This document shows, piece by piece, positions 51,401-64,000 of a stretch of 64,000 nt of DNA. The number at the start of each line of letters is the position of its first letter. Within the stretch, counting starts at the first letter, position 1. Under the pieces are notes generated by a model. It was not told the origin of the DNA and made no database searches. It was given only the letters and a program-made list of their open reading frames with translations. Source of the DNA: Blastocystis sp. Blastoise (taxonomy: Eukaryota; Protista; Bigyra: Opalinata). The stretch spans positions 248,001 through 312,000 of the forward strand of contig JBBPEB010000032.1 in assembly GCA_039096225.1 (NCBI GenBank), written 5' to 3'. Both the position numbers and the translations under genes were made by a program.

Positions 51401-54400
51401 TATATTTAAAGATTGAATTGTATTATGAAGTGTCTTTTGAATATCATTTAATCGATTTATTTCTTGTTCTTTAGAATCATTAGCCTTATTTATTGTCGAT
51501 ATCTTTATATTCATCTGTTCTTCATTCTCTTTTAATATACCTATATCTTTCTTCTTTGATTCTATATCATTCTGATAATCTATAATAGAAACATTAAGAG
51601 ATTCTATAGTATTCTTTAACTGATTCTTCTCTTCTGTTAATGATGTTATACTTATTAATTTCTCTTCTAAAGTCTTCTTTGTATTCAATAATAATTCATT
51701 TATAGTATTCATATTCTTATTCATATTCGTAGAATCTACTTGAAGTTTCTCATAATCTTTCTTATATTGATCGATAGTAATAGTATTAGTAGTAACAGTA
51801 GTCTTTAATTGATTAATATCTTCAAGTAATTTATTATTTATTGAATCTTTTTCTTCTAATTCATGATTTAATATATCTAATTGACTTTGTAATTGATTCT
51901 TTATAGTATTAAGAGAATCAATTGTTGTTGTTAATTCTTTATTCTTACTAGAAAGTGATACAATAAGACTTTCTTTTTGATCTGATTCAGAAGTAGAATT
52001 CATTATAGATGTTTGAAGAGATACAAGATTTGTATTTAATTCTATATTCTTATTCTTTATATCAGCTAATTCATTCGTAGAAATATCTAAATTATGTTGA
52101 AGAGAATGAATAGTATTATTATATTCATTATTCTTCTTTTGTATTTCTTCTTTTTCTGTATTAATAGAATCAATTGTATTATTTAAATTATGTATTATTT
52201 CTTCTTTTTCATTCTTAATAGAATCAATTGTATTATTAAGATTATTTATAGTATCTTGAAGTTCTTTAATAGATGTTTTAGACACTAAAATATCGTTATT
52301 AAGAGTATCAATTGTGTTCTGAAGAGAAGGAATACTATTCACTTGAAGATCTTCATTCTTTGTGGATAGAGTCTTTATTACTGTTTGTTTCTCTTCTAAC
52401 TCATTATGTATTTGATCGATAGTATGTTGAAGAGTAACAATAGTAGTCTGTGAATCATTTATCTTTATACTATTATTCTCTAACTCATTAGTCTTTATAT
52501 TTATAATAGTATTCATATTAGATATAGAATCTTCTAATGACTGTATTCTTACAACTTTCTCTTCTATTTCTTTTGTTAAAGAATCAATTGTTGTTGTAAG
52601 AGAAACATTCATTGAAGTGATATCACCATTCTTTATCTTCATATTATTATTCTCAATAGTTAAAGAATCAATATTATCCTTCATATTATTATTATCAATA
52701 GTTAAAGAATCATTATTATCCTTCATATTATTATTATCCATAGTTAAAGAATCAATTGTATTCTTCTTCTTATTATTATCAATAGTTAAAGAATCATTAT
52801 TATCCTTCATATTATTATTATCAATAGTTAAAGAATCATTATTCTTCTTCAATTCATTTATTATATTATTAAATTCATTATTTTTATTCTTTATTTCATT
52901 ATATTCATTAGTTATAGAAAGTAAATTAGAATTTATTTCATTATTTTTATTCTTTAATATATCTATTAATTCATTTAATGAAGTTATATTATTATTTAAT
53001 ACTATATTTTTCTCTTCTAATTCATGTATAGTATCTATGGAATTCTTTACTATCAATTTATTTTCTTCTAATTCTTGAACTATATTATTATATTTATCCA
53101 TATAACTAGATAAATTACTTTGTAAATCATTATTAGTATTCGTTATATTTGTTAAAAATACTTTTTGTTCATCATCATTTGTATTTAATTCTTTTATTAA
53201 TTTCTCATAATTATCTATCTTTGTTAATAAATTATTATTAGTATTCATTAATGATGTTATAGTTGATTTTAATTCATTATTATTCTTTAATTCATTATGA
53301 TAATCAGTTTCTATTGTAGTATATTGAGATACTAATATAGAATTACTTGAATTTAATTCATTATATTCACCTAATAATGTTTTATATGTTGTATTTAGAT
53401 CATTATATTCTTTTTGAACTGATTTATATTTATTTTCAAACTCTTTATTTATTGTTGATAAATCAATTATATTATTCTTATTTATATTGATTTCTTTTAT
53501 TTTCTCTTCTATAGTATTATTTAATGTACTTATATTCAATTGTAAAGTAGTATTTAATTGACTCTTTCTTTCGATAGTATTCTTTAAATCAATTATTTCA
53601 TTATTTAATTCAATTATTTCATTTTCATATTTATTATTAGTATTCTCATTAGATAGTTTTAGTTCATTTATTATACTATTATTAGATTGATTCATATCTT
53701 CTATAGTCTTTTCTAATGATTCAATCTTCTCTTTATATTTATCAACATATAATTGTAATTCATTATTTTTTTGTATATATTCATTCTCTTTATATAATAA
53801 ATCATTCTTTTGTTCTATAGATAATTCTTTTAATCGTTGTATTAAATCTATATTCTTTGTATTTAATATATTCATATTCTTTTTCATATCTTCAATTTCA
53901 TTCTTATAATTATCTATCTTATTATTATAATTATTCATTATTTCTATAATCTTCTTTTCATGATATATACTTATAGAATCCATTTCATTCTTATATATAG
54001 TATTCATATGTTTTAAAGATATTAATTCAACTTGCTGCTTTTCATTAAAACTATTTAAATTCTTATTTTCTTTTTCTATATATTGATATTTTAATTCTAA
54101 AACTTGAATTTCAGTATTTAATCTAAGAATCTTATTATTCATTTCTTCTATATTCTTATTATTCTCTTTAATATTTATTAATAAATTCTTATTTTCTTCT
54201 ATAATTTTATTATATTTATTTAATATAGAATTATATTCATTCTCTTTTATTCCTATTTCTTTTTGTAATAATATTATTATAGATATATATTTTGTAGATA
54301 AAGAAGAAGATATAGAATTCTCTTCTAATATTGTATTACATAAAGATTGAATCTTATTATCTTTTATAAAAGTTATTAATTTATTCATTTCTGTTTTATA

Positions 54401-57400
54401 TTCAGAATCAGACATATATATAAATTCAGAATCAGAAGATTCGGATGAACTAGAAGAACTAGAAGAATCAGATAAACTAGAAGAATATATTTTTTGTTTT
54501 TCTTTCTTTTGTTGTAACATAACATATTTTGATACATTTTCTAATAATAAAGAAATTTCTGATGATTTTTCGGTTAAATCATTCTTTAATTGATTAATAA
54601 GAATACTCTTATTCTGTAATTCATCTTTATATACTTCTATATCTTTATTATATTGAATTAATTCTTCTTCTAATTTATTTATTATTTTCTTTTTATCATT
54701 TAATTCACTTAATATATTTAACTTTTCATTTTTAATATCATCTATCTCATTATTCATAAGATTATTTATATTTCGTTCTTCTATTAATTTTGATTTTGAT
54801 TTCATATATTCATCTTGTACTACTTTTGTTAATTCACTATATTCATCTAATTTATTCTTATAAGAAGATTCTATAGTAGTTATTTGTTTCTTTAATGAAT
54901 CAATTTCTAATTCATAACTATCTATCATTTCTTTAAATTGATTATTACTATTCATATTATCAGTTAATAAACGAACTCGTGTATTTAATTCTATATTCTC
55001 AATCTCCATCTTTTTATATAATTCATCAAGTTCATTCTTTGAAGTTATAACTGTATTTAATGCTATTTTCATCTCTTCTAAAGAGACTTCTACATCATTT
55101 TTCTTAGTTAATAACTTATTATTATCTTCTAAAAGTGAATTATTATTGATTTTCAATTCTTTTATTTCATTCATTAAAGAAGTTATAGTATTATTCATCA
55201 ATTTAGTTGATTCAATTAATGATATATTCTTATCTGATATATCTTTATTCAATATATTTATATTATTTAGATCTTCTTCTAATGATGATTTCTCTTTTAA
55301 TAATTCAGAATTCTTTATAGATATTTCATTTATAGAAGTAGATAAAGTATTCTTTTCATTTGTTATTAATTGATTCTTTTCTTCTAAAGAATGAATACTA
55401 GTATTTAATGTTGAAATAGTCTCTGATAAACTATGATTCTCATCAACTATTAAGGTATACTTAGTCGATAAAGTCGTATTTGTTAATGATAATGTTGATA
55501 TATTCGATTTCAAATCTATTATTGTATTCTCTAAGGTACTACTAGTAGTTGATAATTCTTCATTTATTTTCTTAAGAGAAGTATTATCTGTAGTTAATTG
55601 AGTATTATTAGTTAATAATTCTTCATTTATTTTCTTAAGAGAAGAATTAGTATCAGTTAATTGAGTATTAGTAGTAGATAATTCTTCATTCGTTTTCTTA
55701 AGAGAAGTAATATTTGTAGACAATTCAGTATTATCATTAAGTAATTTAGTATTATAAGTAGATAAATCTTCGTTAATCATTTTAAGTGAAGAATTTTCAT
55801 CAATTAATTGAGTATTAGTAGTTATTAATTCTTCATTAGTATTTTTAAGAGAAGAATTTTCATCAATTAATTGAGTATTAGTAGTTATTAATTCTTCATT
55901 AGTATATTTAAGAGAAGAATTTTCATCAATTAATTGAGTATTAGTAGTTATTAATTCTTCATTAGTATTTTTAAGAGAAGATATATCTTTAGTTAATTCA
56001 GTATTATCATCAATTAACTTAGTATTATAAGTAGATAATTCTTCATTCGTCTTCTTTAGAGAAGAATTTTCATCAGTTAATTGAGTATTAGTAGTTGATA
56101 ATTCCTCATTAGTATTTTTAAGAGAAGAAATATCATCAGTTAATTGAGTATTAGTAGTTGATAACTTTGAATTTTCATCAATTAACTTATTATTATAAGT
56201 AGATAATTCTTCATTCGTCTTCTTAAGTGAAATATTATCATTAGTTAATTGAGTATTAGCATTTAATAATTCTTCATTAGTATTTTTAAATGAAGATTTT
56301 TCATCAATTAACTTATTATTATAAGTAGATAATTCTTCATTCGTTTTCTTTAGAGAAGAATTCTCATCAGTTAATTGAGTATTAATAGTTGATAACTTTG
56401 AATTTTCATCAATTAACTTATTATTATTATTTAATAATTCTTCATTCGTCTTTTTAAGTGAAGTATTATTATTAATTACTTGTTGATTTTCATTATCTAA
56501 TTCATTAGCAGCATTTGTTAATTCTTCATTAGCTTTTTGTATACCCATAAAATCATTATATAAATGATCATAATTCAACTTTAATTGATTATTATCTTCA
56601 ACTAATACAGTATTCTTATTCAATAATAATTCATTATTATCTTTTAAAGAAGAATTCTCATTTATTAATACAATATTTGTATCTTGAATTGTCTTTAACA
56701 TAGTGTTTATTTCTATATTCTTATTACTTAAAGTAATATTTTCATTATGTAATAATATATTATAATCATGATATTCATTTATCTTCTTCATGACTAACAA
56801 TTGTTTCGATTCAATTGAAGTCTTTTGTTCTATAATAATATTCTTTAAAGAAAGTATTTCTTTATGAAGATCATTCACTTGCTGTTGAATCAGTCGTTCT
56901 TTCTTTAACAACTCTTTATTAGTTGATAACAATTGTTCTTTATCTTCATTAAGAGAAAGAATAATAGTCTCTTTATTCTTTAATGTAGAAATATAAACTT
57001 CTTTTTCATTTATTAATAAATTCATACTATTTGATAAAGATTCTTTTACAGTTATTAAATCATTCATAGTATTAGTAAGAGATGCTTTATCTTCTATTAA
57101 TTTCGTATTCTCTATTTGTAATGAATGATATATATCATCTATTTCTTTATTCTTAGAAACTAATTCATTATTAGTCTCTAATAAAATAGTATAATTATGC
57201 TCTAAATCCTTATATTGAGAAGCTAAAGTATTTTTAGCAGTCGATAATTCATTATTAGCAGTTGTTAACTCATTAATCTTACTAGTTAATTCAGTATTCT
57301 TATCAATAAGATTATTATTATTATCAGTTAACTCAATATTCTTAGTAGCTAATTCAGTATTCTTAGTAGTTAACTCAGTATTCTTAGTAGCTAATTCAGT

Positions 57401-60400
57401 ATTCTTAGTAGCTAATTCATTATTCTTAATAGTTAATTCAGTATTCTTATCATTAAGATCGTTATTATTATCAGTTAATTCGTTATTCTTATCAATAAGC
57501 TCCTTATTCTTATCAGTTAACTCAGTATTCTTATCAATAAGATTATTATTAGTATTAGTTAATTCAGTAATCTTATTAATAAGATTATTATTATTATCAG
57601 TTAACTCAGTAATCTTAGTAGTTAATCCATTATTATTATCAGTTAATTCAGTAATCTTATCAACAAGATTATTATTATTATCAGTTAATTCAGTAATCTT
57701 AGAAGTTAATTCATTATTAATATCAGTTAATTCATTATTCTTATTAATAAGATTATTACTAGTAGTAGTTAATTCATTATTCTTATCAATAAGATCGTTA
57801 TTAGTAGTAGTTAACTCATTATTCTTAGTAACAAGATTATTATTAGTATCAGTTAACTCAGTATTCTTAGTAGTTAATTCATTATTAGTAGCAGTTAATT
57901 CATTATTATCATCAGTTAATTCAGTAATCTTAGTAGTTAATTCATTATTAATACCAGTTAATTCATTATTCTTAGCATCAAATTCATTATTCTTATCAGT
58001 TAACTCAGTTATCTTATCAACAAGATTCTTATTACTATCAGTTAATTTATTATTAATATCATTTATTTCAGTTATCTTATCAACAAGATTAGTATTATTA
58101 GCAATTAATTCATTATTACTATCAATAAGATAATTATTACTATCAGTTAACTCTATATTCTTATGAATTAATTCATTATTCTTATTATGAATTCTACTTA
58201 TAGAAGAAATAATCATAGTTTCTAAAGAATCAATAGTAGTTTTATTATTATCATCATTATCATTAGCATTCGTATCATTAAGGGTAATAATATGATTATA
58301 AATATTATTTAACTTATCATTATTCAAAGTATATTGATTGACTATTTCTTTATAATTATTATTTAATAATTCATATTTATTCTCAATAGCCAAATTAGAT
58401 TCTTTTAATTCTTCATAACTATTTAATAATTCAATACTATTATTTTCTAAATATTCAATTTTCTTTTGATTCATTATTTCTTTATCATTCATATATACAA
58501 TAGTCTTATTAATATCTTCAAGAATTGTATCTTTATTATTAATTATCATCGAATAAGATTCATTTAAATAATTCATATTCTTAAGAATTAACTCTTTATT
58601 CTCTTTAAAGAATTCAGTTAAGTTATTAGTTGTTCCATTTGTTAATAATAAATTACTTGTTAATACTTCAAATCCATTCATATTCTTATTCATATAAATA
58701 TCTGAATCCTTTTTCATTCTACGATAATCATCAAGTATATCGAATAATTGACTGAATAACTCAATCATAAGGGCATTATCGTTATTATTAACATTATTAT
58801 CGTTATCGTTATTATTATTATCTTTATTAATTAAATTCTTTAGCATATTTAAGATAGTTTCTTTATTTAAATCTTGATTAGTTCCATGAATATAAGTAAT
58901 ACTATTATATAATAATACTTTAAAGGAATATAACATAGTTTTACTATAATTATAATCACTAAAATAATCAATAAATCGTTTTTCATTCTCAAATAATAAA
59001 TTACTATAACTTATATAAATATTATTTTGAGTTTCAAGAATTACTTTATAACGTTCAGATAAAGTATTATATTTATTAATAATACTATTCATTTGTTCAA
59101 CATAAGTATTATTCATTTCAACTATCTTATTCTTCTTTTCTTCTACTATCTGTTGAGTATTTTCTAATACATTTTCTATATCTACAAGTTTCTTTGATAA
59201 ATTAGATTTATCTTCTTGTAATTGAGTAATGATCTCTTTATCTTTCTTAATAATAGTTGTTAAACTATCTAATTCTGATTTATAATATACATTATTAATA
59301 TCAGTTACATTCATTTTATATATATCCATTTCTAAAAGAGACTTTTTAATTTCATTATCTTTAATAGCATTAACAGAAGTATTCATTTGATCAGATAAGA
59401 CTTCTATTTCATTCTTCTTTGTCATATATTCTTTTAATAATAAATCAATATTTTCATATTGTTTCATATATAACATACATATATCTTCATATTGGAATAG
59501 ATCTTTAAAAGAACCATTCTGAATATCTTCTAATGGCATATTAATACTTGGTTTATCACTACTTTCAATACAAGAAGGAATCTTTACAAATAATATATTT
59601 GTAATTAATTTTAATGAACCTTCTAAAGTACTTAATATATGACGTGTTGCTCTAGTTACAGAAAATAATATATTTGAATCAGTTTCAGATATACAAATAG
59701 TTTCTATCTTATTATCTTGATCTATACCCATTATTTCAGAAATAGGATTAAAATAATTAATCATATAATTATATATCTTTTTATAATTATCTTCAAGAAT
59801 ACGATTATAAAGAGATTTTGAATTAGCATCATTTCTTAATGAACGAACTTTATTTTGTAATTGATCTAATTCTTCTTCTAATTCATCATTTTCTTTCTTT
59901 TTATTATGATAAAGTTCTGTTAAATTATCAAGTCTTTGTTGATAATTCGATATTAATATATTCAATTTCGTTTGATTTAATACTAATTCACGATTCTTTG
60001 TAGATAATGAAATTATTTGTTGCTGTTTCTTACTTGTAGCATTCTTATTCTTATTCTTATTATTAGCAACTATTTTCTCCATACGATCTTCTAAGGTATC
60101 AATAGTCTTTTGAAGACATTCTTTCTCTTTAGTAAAAGTAGTAGTCGAAGAAGATAATTCTTCTTTCTCTTTAGTAAGAGATATATTCTTCGTAGTAAGA
60201 CTAGTATTAGTAGAAATAAGTTGCTCTTTCTCTTGAATAAGAGTAGCATTAGTAGAAGATAATTCTTCAATCTTAGTAGTAAGAGTATTATTAGTAGAAG
60301 ATAAATCTTCTTTCTCTTGAATAAGAGTAGTATTAGTAGAAGATAATTCTTCAATCTTAGTAGTAAGAGTATTATTAGTAGAAGATAAATCTTCTTTCTC

Positions 60401-63400
60401 TTGAATAAGAGTAGCATTAGTAGTAGATAAATCTTCAATCTTCTTATTAAGAGTATTATTAGTAGTAGATAAATCTTCAATCTTCTTATTAAGAGTATTA
60501 TTAACAGTAGATAAATCTTCAATCTTCTTATTAAGAGTATTATTAACAGTAGATAAATTTTCTTTCTCTTTATGAAGAGTATTAATTTGATGAATTAATT
60601 CTTCTTTACGTTTAGTAGAAGTATAAAGTTTATTATTAAGATCTTCTTTGATCATCTTTATATTTTCATTATCTTTCTCTAATTCTTCTTTAGCTTTTAC
60701 TAAGGAATTAATAGTTATTTTATTCTCTTCAATAGTATTAGTAAGAGATGTATTAGTATCAACTAAGGTATTATTAGTAGAAGAAAGAGTAGATATTTGT
60801 TTTTCAAGATCTTCATTTGTAGCAATTAATTCATTATTTATACTTAATAAAGTAGTATTAGTAGAAGAAACAGTCTCTAAATTCTCTTTTAATTCATCTT
60901 TTTCAAAAGATAATGTAGTTACTTGAGTTATTAAATCTTCTTTCTCTTGAATAAGAGTAGTGTTAGTAGAAGATAAATCTTCTTTTTCTTTACTAAGAGT
61001 AGCATTAGTAGCAGACAAATCTTCAATCTTAGTAGTAAGAGAATTATTAGTAGAAGATAAATCTTCAATCTTAGTAATAAGAGAATTATTAGCAGTAGAT
61101 AAATCTTCAATCTTATTATTAAGAGAATTATTAGCAGTAGATATATCTTCTTTTTCTTTAATAAGAATAGCATTAGCAGTAGATAAATCTTCTTTTTCTT
61201 TATTAAGAGTATTATTAACAGTAGATAAATCTTCAATTTTATTATTAAGAGTATTATTAACAGCAGATAAATCTTCAATCTTATTATTAAGAGTATTATT
61301 AACAGCAGATAAATCTTCTTTTTCTTTATTAAGAGTATTATTAATATTCGATAATTCTTCTTTTTCAGATAATAACTTTTCATTATGACTAACTAAAGTA
61401 TTATTTTCTAAATTAACTTTAGAATATTTTGCATGAATATCGATATTTTCTTCAAGTAAATGAGAATTCTTCTTTTCAATATCTTCAATAGTTTTACAAG
61501 ATATATCATATTTTACTTGTATATCTTCATTCTTCTTTATTATTTCAGAATTATTAGCTAATAATGAAGATATATGTATATCTTTTTCAGAAATATCTTT
61601 CGACATTTTATTATTCTTATTTTCAAGTAATTTATTTTCTTGTAAAATAGTACTATTATGTTTCATTAATTCTTCATTCTTTTGAAGTAATAGTTGATTC
61701 TTATCATTAAGATCATCATTCTTTTGAAGTAATAGTTGATTCTTATTATTAAGATCATCATAATTCTTTCTATTAATAGTATCTTCATTTCTTAAAGCAT
61801 TATATAATTTATTAATTTGAAGAGAATAATCTCTTTCAGAATCTAATTCACATTTTAATTGATTATTCTTTACTATTATAATACTATAACGATGTTCAGA
61901 ATCATTAAATAATACTTCTAATGATTTTATCTTCTCTTTTAATTTAGTATTTTCAAATAATACTAATTTACAATCATTATATATACTATCTAATCTCTTT
62001 GTTAGTATATCAATTTTCTCATTATATTCATCAAGTGGTAATTGTTCTAAATTGAACTTATAATTATTAATAATTTCACTTATAGTATGAATTTCTCTAT
62101 CATAAATTAGTTTATTCTCTTCAATAGTATTTTGAAGATCTATAATTTTATTTTCATTAGCAGTAATATTTGTCTTTGATAAATCATTCTTTATTAATAA
62201 AGTATTAATCAAAGTATTCAATTGTTTTGTTTCATTATATATAGAAACAGAATCATCTTCATATAATTTAACTTGATATTTCAATGATTTATTCTCTTTT
62301 ACTATTTCTTCATATTCTTCTTTTGGAATAGTTATAGTTATAGAAGAAGAAGAAGATATAGATTCTTCAGATAGAGGTATAGTTGTAGTAGATAATAATT
62401 CTTGAGAAATAGGAATATTAGTTTTATTAGTATTAGTATTAGTATTATTATCAGTTAATTTATTTTCTTGAGAAATAGGAATATCAGTTTTATTAGTATC
62501 ATTATTATCAACAGATAATATTTCATTATTATTATCATAATTATTATCAACAGATAGAATTTCATTATTATTATTATCAACAGATAATATTTCATTATTA
62601 TTATTATCAACAGATAATATTTCATTATTATTATTATCAACAGATAATATTTCATTATTATTATTATCAACAGATAATATTTCATTATTCTTTTCAGAAT
62701 AATAAGAAGAAGGAGAAGAAATAGATTGTTCTTCATCCATTATATGATCATTAATATTATTATTTGGTAGTATATCAAGTGTAGAATTAAATGGTGAATA
62801 AGGATCTTTATAATGATTACTATATAAAGAAGGTATAGTTAATAAATCATTATACACTTGTTCTAATATAGAAGAAGTAGTTGTCATTAATAAAGGACAT
62901 TCATTATTAATCATAGTATTCATAGTATTATTATAAATATCATTTTCTATAATCATATTAAATACTATTTGATGTAAACAATCATATATAGGTCCATCTA
63001 TTTGAGAAACATGATTATTCTTTAAAATAGTATCAATATATTTAATACATCGATCATATATATATTCATAATAAACTTTTTCAGTTTCATTCGTATAACT
63101 ATTTACAGTCTTTTCCATAGTTATATCTTTATTAAGAATAGTATCTGTTATTGATTTATTCGATATCATAATATTAAATACAATTTGATGTAAGAAATCA
63201 TAAATAGGTCCATTTAAATCAGCAACTTTATTCTCTAATATAGAATCTATATATTGAATACAAAGAGAACTTACTTGCTCATAATATTCTTTTTCTTCTT
63301 CATTCGTATAACTATCTACTGTCTTTTCAACAGAGAAATCTTTATTAATAGCAGTAGTAGTAGTCATAGTTATACCATTAATCATAACATTAAATAATAT

Positions 63401-64000
63401 CTTATGTAAATTATCATAAATAGAACCATCTAAATCTATAATATTATTATCGATCATTAAATTATTAAGATATGTATTACATAAATCATTTATATATTCA
63501 TAATAATCTTTCTCTTCTTCATTAGTATAACTATTTACAGTCTTTTCTATAGTTATATCGTTAAGAGAAGAAGGGCTTTCAAGGATAGTACTTTCATTAT
63601 TGTTATCTTCATTATCATTATTGTTATCTTCATTATTATTATTATCAATAATATCACTATTATTATCTTCATTATTATTATTATTATCAATAATATCACT
63701 ATTATTGTCAACAACACTATTATTATTATTATCAACAACACTATTATTATTATCTTCATTATTATTATTATTGTCAACAACACTATTATTATTATCAACA
63801 ATACTATTATATTCACTACTATCCTTATCATACTTAGTTAATAGAGTAGGAGTTTCACCTGTTTGAAGAATAGTATTTACTACATACATAATATCAGTAG
63901 CATTATTAAAATGTTTATCAACATAATTCTTTAAAGAAGATAATTCTTTCTTATTCTTCTTATCCTGAGTGACTAATGTTATTATATGTTGATATAAAAT
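44234..64000 (-). CDS. Giant coiled-coil protein (>6580 aa), one uninterrupted exon, 5'-truncated by window
   Basis: Frame stays open from the window end to TAA at 44234; long heptad arrays (LSTTNNT/LNKKIED, ELTDNNN, YNQLDTS); Asn/Pro-rich tail. Confidence 0.9.

Noticed and set aside
45886-63866. Short overlapping or antisense ORFs inside the giant CDS
   Set aside because: Shadow frames of repetitive, codon-biased sequence.

Overview
Very AT-rich, intron-dense eukaryotic nuclear DNA. Gene content (BTB+TLDc protein, two GT49 and one GT77 glycosyltransferases, bacterial-type GNATs, U12 introns) suggests a Blastocystis-like gut stramenopile; this is an inference. I rebuilt about 17 protein genes by hand across their introns, plus tRNA-Leu(AAG), a 141-bp TIR element and a >19.7-kb intron-free exon for a giant coiled-coil protein that runs off the window end. 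Most short ORFs in the supplied track are (TA)n/(TAT)n intron artefacts. Main unexplained signals: (1) an array of 14 imperfect hairpins with a conserved AAACGRYA loop and compensatory stem changes in a gene-free 4.7-kb island, next to a 73-bp satellite; (2) six introns with non-canonical ends that copy the flanking exon (novel splicing or an assembly-polishing artefact); (3) two AT-AC minor-spliceosome introns; (4) a strongly over-represented CRCGGGAAT 9-mer inside exons; (5) introns made only of GT(AT)nAG.
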